Source of the DNA: a virus | DNA: 64,000 bases | IMG/VR virus record: IMGVR_UViG_3300025646_005482 | Span: 1-64,000 of that record | Direction: 5' to 3' (one strand) | Shown: piece by piece, positions 57,330 through 64,000 of the stretch | Layout: the number at the start of each line of letters is the position of its first letter | How positions within the stretch are numbered: the first letter of the stretch is position 1 | Made by a program: the position numbers and the translations under genes | The notes under the pieces: model-generated | What the model was told of the DNA's origin: nothing | Seen by the model: only the letters and a program-made list of their open reading frames with translations | Databases searched by the model: none

Positions 57330-57541
57330 GTAGCAAAGAAATTCACCTCAGTACATTTATGAACCCTGAATTCAATCGCAAGGCAGAATTGTCTAAGGAT
57401 ACATATCATTATATCGTTCGTATGTTCGAAAACGGACAACTAATGAAAACAGAACTCCTTGAAAATCATTCTGTCTATTATGCTGAAGATTTGGCAGAAA
57501 ACTTCGTCCAAAAATGGGGTGCATTCAAAGATGGAAATTGA
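57326..57541 (+). CDS. hypothetical protein
   Basis: HSVYYAEDLAENFV; operonic overlaps. Confidence 0.55.
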   Translation: MSSKEIHLSTFMNPEFNRKAELSKDTYHYIVRMFENGQLMKTELLENHSVYYAEDLAENFVQKWGAFKDGN

Positions 57542-57755
57542 TCCTGTAGTTTTTATCACTGTTGCACTGATGTTTATCTGCTATCAAGTAGGTCGTGTAA
57601 TTGGTGGTGCCGAAGCTCATCATGCAGGATTTGTAGAAGGTGCAAGTGCAGGCATAGATAAGATTTTAAAGGTGCTAAGACAAGAGTATGGTATCATTGT
57701 AGGCTATGATGATATCGTTGTAAAACCAGAAGAAATAGAAGAAAAGGCAGACTAA
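57531..57755 (+). CDS. small membrane protein
   Basis: N-terminal hydrophobic helix. Confidence 0.5.
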   Translation: MEIDPVVFITVALMFICYQVGRVIGGAEAHHAGFVEGASAGIDKILKVLRQEYGIIVGYDDIVVKPEEIEEKAD

Positions 57756-58192
57756 TGTTCAGATACAATTGTATAATTCGCAGGGTCGTCGACGGTGATA
57801 CTATCGATGTAGACATTGATCTCGGATTTGGGATCTGGCAGCATAACGAACGCGTCCGTATTCATGGTATCGACACGCCAGAATCACGCACTCGAGACAA
57901 AGTAGAAAAGCAGTTCGGTCTGCTAGCGAAAAAGTTTGTACAAAAACATTTGCCTGTTGGTTCAAAACAAACGCTAGTCACAGAAAAGGCTGGCGATGAG
58001 TCGAAAGGTAAATTCGGTCGTATTTTGGGCAAGTTTGAAGTATATGATGGAGTAACTGACAGCACCATGTTTTTAGGAGATATCATGATCCGCGAAGGAC
58101 ATGCAGTTCCTTATTTTGGTTTAAGTAAGGAAGACATTCAAGAGCAACATCTTGCTAATCGTCTAAAACTGCATGAGCGCGGAGTGATCTAA
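57755..58192 (+). CDS. thermonuclease (SNase-like)
   Basis: RVVDGDTIDV, RVRIHGIDTPESR, GKFGRILG. Confidence 0.88.
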   Translation: MFRYNCIIRRVVDGDTIDVDIDLGFGIWQHNERVRIHGIDTPESRTRDKVEKQFGLLAKKFVQKHLPVGSKQTLVTEKAGDESKGKFGRILGKFEVYDGVTDSTMFLGDIMIREGHAVPYFGLSKEDIQEQHLANRLKLHERGVI

Positions 58193-60504
58193 TGATTGGC
58201 AATATCATCAGTGTAACTAAAAGAAACGGAGACAAAGAAGCTCTTGATTTGGAAAAATTTCATCGTGTTGCTAGTTTTGCTTGCGATGGCCTGAACGGTG
58301 TATCCGCTTCTGAATTAGAGATCAAAACACACATTCAGTTCTACAACAACATCAAGACTGTCGATGTACAGGAGATGTTGATCAAAGCAGCAGCTGATCT
58401 TATCACTGAAGAAACACCGAACTATCAGTATGTAGCAGGCCGTCTAATCAATTATGGGCTGCGCAAAGAGGTATATGGTCAGTTCAAACCTCCGTCTCTC
58501 ACAGAACATATTATTACACAAATAGCCGAATTTCGATACGATGAAGTGTTGATGAAAAAATACACTCGCGAAGAGATAGATTTTCTTAACAGTAAAATAG
58601 ATCATACTCGCGACTTCGCCTTGACTTATGCTGCGATGGAACAAATGCGCGGCAAGTATCTTTTAAAAGATCGTGTTACAGGCAAAATCTATGAAACACC
58701 TCAGATGGCGATGATGTGTATCGCTATGGTTCTGTTTCATGATTACGACAAAGACAGACTCGAATGGGTTGTAAAGTTATACAATGCTCTGAGCAACTTC
58801 GATATCAGTCTGCCTACACCAATTATGGCGGGAGTACGAACGCCTCAACGACAGTTCTCGTCTTGCGTACTTATCGAGACTGATGACTCACTGGATTCTA
58901 TCAATGCAACGGCTTCGTCAATTGTCAAATACGTTTCTCAAAAAGCTGGAATCGGCGTCGGTGCCGGTCGCATCCGTGCTTTGGGTTCTGCTGTGCGCAA
59001 CGGTGATACTAGTCATACTGGTATTATCCCCTTTCTTAAGTATTTTCAGAGTGCTGTTAAAAGTTGTTCGCAAGGCGGTGTTAGAGGCGGAGCGGCGACT
59101 ATCTACTATCCGATTTGGCACTACGAAGTAGAAGATCTACTTGTACTGAAGAACAATAAGGGTACGGAAGAAAATCGAGTCCGTAACATGGATTACGGCG
59201 TACAATTTAATCAAGTCATGTATGAACGTCTTGTGAAAGGACAAGATATTACTTTGTTCTCACCTCATGAATGTCCTGATATGTACGAAGCATTCTTTGT
59301 AGATACCGATAAGTTCCGCGAATTGTATGAGAAGTATGAGCGCAAGACTTCTATCATGAAGCGTTCAATTCCTGCTCGCGATCTCTTTGCTCATTTTATG
59401 CAGGAACGAAAGGATACTGGTCGTATCTATTTGATGAATGTTGATAACGCGAATGACCATGGTGCATTTAAGAAAGAGCTTGCGCCTATTCGCCAGTCTA
59501 ACCTCTGCTGTGAAATCAATCTGCCTACTACACCACTCAATGATCTACACGATGAGAAAGGAGAGATCAGTCTGTGCACTCTGGCAGCTATCAATTGGGG
59601 TAACATCAGAAAACCAGAAGATTTTGCTTTACCGTGTGAACTCTCGGTCAGAGCATTAGATGCATTGCTTGATTATCAAGACTATCCTGTGAATGCAGCG
59701 TTTCAAGGAACGATGGCACGTCGCCCGCTGGGAATAGGTATCATTAACTTTGCATATTGGCTTGCAAAGAATGACACAAATTATCAAGCACCTAATCTTA
59801 AATTAATTCATGAATACGCAGAAGCATGGTCATACTATCTGATTCAGGCATCCGCTGTTCTCGCTGCAGAAAAAGGGTCTTGTGGTAAATCGTATCAAAC
59901 AAAATATCATGATGGTGTATTGCCTATCGACACGTATAAGAAAACTGTCGATGAACTGACACCACCAGAATATAATATGCCATGGAATGAATTACGTGCT
60001 TTGCTCAAAGAAGTCGGCATTCGTAACTCAACACTGATGGCGCTGATGCCTGCTGAGACGTCTGCACAGATCAGCAATAGCACGAATGGTATTGAACCTC
60101 CTCGCTCGCTCATCTCTGTGAAGCAATCAAAAGACGGTGTGCTGAAGCAGGTTGTACCACAAATACATAAACTAAAGAACAAGTATGATTTGCTTTGGGA
60201 ACAAAAATCTCCCGAAGGCTATCTACAAATTATGGCGGTGTTGCAGAAATTTATCGATCAAGGTATTTCTGTCAATACGAGCTATAATCCATTGCATTAT
60301 GATGAAGAGAAGATTCCTCTCTCGACAATGATGCAACATATGTTGATGTTCTACAAGTATGGTGGCAAGCAACTCTATTACAATAACACTTATGACGGAG
60401 CTGGTGAAATCACCGACGAACGTGATCCACCAGTGGAAGAAGTCGAAGAAGGCGCGGCATGTGATTGGAGAAATCCAGAAGACTGCGACGCCTGTAAGAT
60501 CTAA
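58192..60504 (+). CDS. nrdA: class Ia ribonucleotide reductase alpha subunit
   Basis: ATP cone VTKRNG, RQFSSCV, SQGGVRGG, SNLCCEI, MPAETS, C-terminal CDACKI. Confidence 0.98.
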   Translation: MIGNIISVTKRNGDKEALDLEKFHRVASFACDGLNGVSASELEIKTHIQFYNNIKTVDVQEMLIKAAADLITEETPNYQYVAGRLINYGLRKEVYGQFKPPSLTEHIITQIAEFRYDEVLMKKYTREEIDFLNSKIDHTRDFALTYAAMEQMRGKYLLKDRVTGKIYETPQMAMMCIAMVLFHDYDKDRLEWVVKLYNALSNFDISLPTPIMAGVRTPQRQFSSCVLIETDDSLDSINATASSIVKYVSQKAGIGVGAGRIRALGSAVRNGDTSHTGIIPFLKYFQSAVKSCSQGGVRGGAATIYYPIWHYEVEDLLVLKNNKGTEENRVRNMDYGVQFNQVMYERLVKGQDITLFSPHECPDMYEAFFVDTDKFRELYEKYERKTSIMKRSIPARDLFAHFMQERKDTGRIYLMNVDNANDHGAFKKELAPIRQSNLCCEINLPTTPLNDLHDEKGEISLCTLAAINWGNIRKPEDFALPCELSVRALDALLDYQDYPVNAAFQGTMARRPLGIGIINFAYWLAKNDTNYQAPNLKLIHEYAEAWSYYLIQASAVLAAEKGSCGKSYQTKYHDGVLPIDTYKKTVDELTPPEYNMPWNELRALLKEVGIRNSTLMALMPAETSAQISNSTNGIEPPRSLISVKQSKDGVLKQVVPQIHKLKNKYDLLWEQKSPEGYLQIMAVLQKFIDQGISVNTSYNPLHYDEEKIPLSTMMQHMLMFYKYGGKQLYYNNTYDGAGEITDERDPPVEEVEEGAACDWRNPEDCDACKI

Positions 60505-61310
60505 TGGCATTTTTAGTACATAATCTACCTCCAATCCCAGTCATGGTTCGTAAAGAGTATCTCTATGATCTCGAATACGGCCATGGCGAGTTCACACCTG
60601 GTATATGGACATCGGTCAAATCGGTGACAGGCAAAGCTTTGTACTTCGAAACATTATTGACTGACTATGGTGCATTGTTCGATAAGCTACCTATCTCTGC
60701 ATTTGTATGGAAGACAGACATTGATTACGATCTACCGCTCGATACTTTGCAATTATGGGACTGCTTCGACTATCATATAACCGTTATCCAGAAACCACTT
60801 CTGTCAAGTTGTAAGTTCTTCGGTAAAGATAAACAGTTTCATGAAGGCGAATATTTGTTTACAATAGATAATTGTCATGCAGATAATAATATCTTAGATG
60901 AGAACTTTAGTGAACATGATCCTGAGCATAAGTCATTCAACATCATTCAATTGCAGAATGGTCAGTTCGCCGCTCAGCCAAACAATCGAATCATTTGGCG
61001 TGACTCGAGTTTGACTGTTGACGAACCACTGAAACCTGACTTTAAAGTCTGTACACAAAACTATCATGTAGAGACAGAACCAAAATGGAGTGTAGGTCAT
61101 ACCGACGAGTGGAGCTATAAGACAAAAGAAGAAGCATTAGAAGAAGTCAATGAAAAATATCCAAAGACTCTCGATATCTTGAAAGAAGATTATATACAGT
61201 TTGAGAAAAGATACAAAGAAGCTTTGCATGACTACACAAGAGTTAGAGAAGATAATGAGAAATTTCGTCATCGCAAGAAGGTGGCCAGGAAAAGGAAGAA
61301 TACAGAATAA
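60504..61310 (+). CDS. conserved phage hypothetical protein
   Basis: VRKEYLYD..GHGEF, LQLWDCF, EHKSFN, GQFAAQPNNR. Confidence 0.7.
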   Translation: MAFLVHNLPPIPVMVRKEYLYDLEYGHGEFTPGIWTSVKSVTGKALYFETLLTDYGALFDKLPISAFVWKTDIDYDLPLDTLQLWDCFDYHITVIQKPLLSSCKFFGKDKQFHEGEYLFTIDNCHADNNILDENFSEHDPEHKSFNIIQLQNGQFAAQPNNRIIWRDSSLTVDEPLKPDFKVCTQNYHVETEPKWSVGHTDEWSYKTKEEALEEVNEKYPKTLDILKEDYIQFEKRYKEALHDYTRVREDNEKFRHRKKVARKRKNTE

Positions 61311-62353
61311 TGTCAGTATTTCATACGAAGAAAATTGATTTTACTACACAGCCAGCATTCTTTGGTCCACGTGTAAATATTGCACGATACGATAAACAAC
61401 GATATCGTGTCTTTGAAACGCTCACTGATAAACAACTCGGTTTCTTTTGGCGTCCTGAAGAAGTGGACATCAGCCGTGATAGTAAAGACTTTAAGAATCT
61501 AACCGAACATGAGCAACATATTTTTACGAGCAATTTGAAGCGACAGATCTTGCTCGACTCAGTACAAGGGCGAGGTCCCGTTGAGACGTTCATGCCTTTG
61601 TGTTCGTTACCTGAACTTGAGAACTGGCTCGTAACATGGGCCTTCAGCGAGACCATTCATTCACGATCATATACACATATTATCCGTAATGTATATTCAG
61701 ATCCATCAAAAGTATTTGACGAGATGCTCGACATCAAAGAGATTGTTGATTGCGCAGAATCTATTTCGAAATACTATGATAATCTGGCAGAAAACCCAAC
61801 GAAAAAGAATCTGTGGTTGGCAGTGAATGCTGTGAATGCACTCGAAGGCATCCGCTTCTATGTGTCGTTCGCTTGCAGTTGGGCATTTGCCGAACTCAAA
61901 AAGATGGAAGGTAACGCAAAGATCATTAAGTTTATCGCACGTGATGAGAACGTGCACATGGCATCAACACAACAACTCATCAAGCTATTACCAAAAGAAG
62001 ACAAAGACTACGCCAAAATTGCTATAGATAGTAAGGAAGAAGTAAAACAAATTTTCCGTGATGTGCTCGACCAAGAAAAAGCATGGGCAAACTATTTGTT
62101 CAAACAAGGATCTATGATAGGTCTGAATGCTGAGCTCTTGAATGAGTATGTGGAGTGGCTAGGTAACAAGCGTATGTATGCCATTGGATTATCAAACGAG
62201 CGAGGCGGATCTGACCCGCTGCCTTGGACACAAAAGTGGATCAGTGGTGCAGAAGTACAGGTCGCCCCGCAAGAAACTGAAATCACATCATATATTGTTG
62301 GTGGTATCAAGAAAGATGTCGACGACGATACATTTAAGGACTTTTCATTCTAA
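61310..62353 (+). CDS. nrdB: class Ia ribonucleotide reductase beta subunit
   Basis: FFWRPEEVD, LLDSVQGR, SETIHSRSY, LEGIRFYVSF, ARDENVH, VQVAPQETE. Confidence 0.98.
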   Translation: MSVFHTKKIDFTTQPAFFGPRVNIARYDKQRYRVFETLTDKQLGFFWRPEEVDISRDSKDFKNLTEHEQHIFTSNLKRQILLDSVQGRGPVETFMPLCSLPELENWLVTWAFSETIHSRSYTHIIRNVYSDPSKVFDEMLDIKEIVDCAESISKYYDNLAENPTKKNLWLAVNAVNALEGIRFYVSFACSWAFAELKKMEGNAKIIKFIARDENVHMASTQQLIKLLPKEDKDYAKIAIDSKEEVKQIFRDVLDQEKAWANYLFKQGSMIGLNAELLNEYVEWLGNKRMYAIGLSNERGGSDPLPWTQKWISGAEVQVAPQETEITSYIVGGIKKDVDDDTFKDFSF

Positions 62354-63072
62354 TGAATAATTTTCAAACAAAAATTCTATCAGAGCTATTTGATATTATA
62401 GCTGGTGACGAACCATTAAAACCAAAAAGATTCGAACACATCGATATCTGTCATGCTGGTGAAAACCATATCAGTGACTATACTGATATGGAACCATTGA
62501 TGGACAGAATGGGCATTGCAGAATGTCCGAGAGATCTATACGAATTCTATGAATTAATAGGTGCTAATAAAACTATTATCATGCACGATGAATTTGGAGA
62601 TCTAGATTGGAACAAGCATTTTGAATGGCCACGAGAAAAGCCCTTCGACATCATCGTAAACTGCGGTAAGTCATCACACATTTTCAATCAATTTGCTTTC
62701 TTTGATAACATCCATCGTATGGCTGGTGAAGGCACGTTTATGGTACACGCTGTTCCGTTTTTCTCTACCGTAGAAGCATCAATTTATACATATTCTCCAA
62801 ACTTCTTTGCTAGATTATGTGCAGCGAATCAGTATGAAATGTGTGGGTCATTCATCGGCACTACTACGGGTGAAAGATTTTCTCGGATGAAAATATCCCT
62901 CGATTATGCGTTGAATAGATACAGCGATGAATTTAAATTTCAAATATGGTCCAACGGCGAAGATAAAGGGTATAAAAGACCCGCTCATGTAGGTGTGATA
63001 TTGCGAAAGAAGAATAACGACCAATTCAAAATACCAGACTACAGAGAACGAGATGATACAGACGCTGATTGA
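62353..63072 (+). CDS. methyltransferase-like hypothetical protein
   Basis: FDIIVNCG.S.HIFNQ..FF.NIH...G.FMVH..P. Confidence 0.45.
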   Translation: MNNFQTKILSELFDIIAGDEPLKPKRFEHIDICHAGENHISDYTDMEPLMDRMGIAECPRDLYEFYELIGANKTIIMHDEFGDLDWNKHFEWPREKPFDIIVNCGKSSHIFNQFAFFDNIHRMAGEGTFMVHAVPFFSTVEASIYTYSPNFFARLCAANQYEMCGSFIGTTTGERFSRMKISLDYALNRYSDEFKFQIWSNGEDKGYKRPAHVGVILRKKNNDQFKIPDYRERDDTDAD

Positions 63073-63247
63073 ACTAATCAAATCAAAATTTAAAATAGAA
63101 ACTCGTATTGTAGATACCGATACGGAATTGAGTTTGGTTGTTGTCAATATGTTTGGCAATGAGGTAATATATGAACACAAACAAGATTTGTTACCTCTGT
63201 TAGAAGCTTTTAAAAGCAGGATAAAAGATGTACAAGAAGACGATTAA
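63053..63247 (+). CDS. hypothetical protein
   Basis: 64-aa ORF overlapping its neighbours. Confidence 0.45.
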   Translation: MIQTLIELIKSKFKIETRIVDTDTELSLVVVNMFGNEVIYEHKQDLLPLLEAFKSRIKDVQEDD

Positions 63248-63398
63248 TTGTAAATCGTGCGAGGTCAAATGTGACGTAATTATTCGTCAGACTAATTTTG
63301 ATGATGAAGAGATGCCTATCGAGTTTTGTCCTATCTGTAGTGCATCTCTCGAAGATCAGCAGTTTGAATATGATGATGATATGGAGTTAGAGTGGTAA
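63228..63398 (+). CDS. small zinc-ribbon protein
   Basis: Read manually: MYKKTINCKSCEVKC...EFCPICSASL. Confidence 0.6.
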   Translation: MYKKTINCKSCEVKCDVIIRQTNFDDEEMPIEFCPICSASLEDQQFEYDDDMELEW

Positions 63399-63856
63399 AC
63401 TATCCTGGAATTAGTTCGGCGTGGGATCGTAAGTTCTTAGCGTTAGCACAACACATCTCATCGTGGTCGAAAGACCCGTCAAAAAAGATCGGCGCGGTAG
63501 CTGTTGGTCCTAATCGTAATATTCTCGCCACAGGATATAATGGATTCCCAAAGGGAATACAAGACACCGAAGAAAGACTGAACGATCGCGAGACAAAGTA
63601 TGAGCTCGTGGTACACGCTGAAATGAATTGTATATATAATGCTGTAGAGAATGGAGTTTCACTGAAGGGTGCACATCTCTACGTTTACGGATTACCTATC
63701 TGCCACGAATGTGCAAAAGGCGTAGTACAAGTTGGTATAGGTAGAGTAGTCATCGAAGATGCATTATGCGCCGAACAAAGGTGGTCAGACAGTTTTGCCA
63801 AATCAAAAAGAATCTTCCACGAAGGTAACGTCGTCGTTAACTACTGCAAGTTATGA
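63392..63856 (+). CDS. cd: dCMP deaminase
   Basis: WSKDPS, GYNGFP, VHAEMN, PICHECAK. Confidence 0.93.
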   Translation: MVNYPGISSAWDRKFLALAQHISSWSKDPSKKIGAVAVGPNRNILATGYNGFPKGIQDTEERLNDRETKYELVVHAEMNCIYNAVENGVSLKGAHLYVYGLPICHECAKGVVQVGIGRVVIEDALCAEQRWSDSFAKSKRIFHEGNVVVNYCKL

Positions 63857-64000
63857 AAACCCATGGATACACTTACTAGAAGGTTGGGCGCTCGAGTCTG
63901 AGCATGTACAAAATTTCTATGGTATGGTATATTTGTTAATTAATAAAGAAACTAAACGTAAGTATATCGGCAAGAAGTTTTTTTGGAGTAAGAAGACACT
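63849..64000 (+). CDS. GIY-YIG nuclease-like protein (3'-truncated; start uncertain)
   Basis: Frame reads YENPW...FYGMVYLLINKETKRKYIGKKFFW. Confidence 0.6.

Noticed and set aside
58192-62353. Possible intron, intein or homing endonuclease in or between nrdA and nrdB (also checked gp43 and gp41)
   Set aside because: All are uninterrupted and of normal length, and the 268-aa intervening gene lacks HNH, GIY-YIG or LAGLIDADG motifs.
1133-63180. Numerous 60-165-aa alternative-frame and minus-strand ORFs in the ORF track
   Set aside because: They are nested in well-supported genes, and none showed a recognisable motif. Only 24201-24479 and 25379-25825 are accepted on the minus strand.
1-64000. 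Stop-codon reassignment
   Set aside because: Core genes translate full-length in the standard code, and TAA, TGA and TAG are all used as stops.

Overview
This 64-kb window comes from a large T4-like (Tevenvirinae/Kyanoviridae-like) dsDNA myophage, and almost all genes lie on the + strand. The host is probably a marine Gammaproteobacterium, inferred from the tmRNA tag ending YALAA, aceA, iscU, psiE, a TonB-dependent receptor and IHF-like boxes. The T4 replication core is present: gp45, gp44, gp62, regA, gp43, uvsX, gp41, gp61, nrdA, nrdB and dCMP deaminase. It is interleaved with auxiliary metabolic genes, four 2OG-Fe(II) oxygenases, two sulfotransferases, methyltransferases, two glycan-synthesis clusters and a late region of probable internal head proteins. 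The most unusual items are: (1) a circularly permuted two-piece tmRNA with a gamma-type tag (ANDDSYYGDYALAA) behind a phage late promoter; (2) a candidate DNA hypermodification operon of two aGPT-Pplase/amino-acid:DNA-transferase-like paralogs, a PLP enzyme and an SGNH-fold protein that ends in the same clamp-binding tail as the DNA polymerase; (3) a TonB-dependent receptor with a ParB/Srx domain inserted between its signal peptide and TonB box; and (4) an ATP-dependent ligase-like protein with a T4-type capsid-targeting sequence, next to a PD-(D/E)xK nuclease-like gene. All calls come from motif recognition by eye; no database searches were run.
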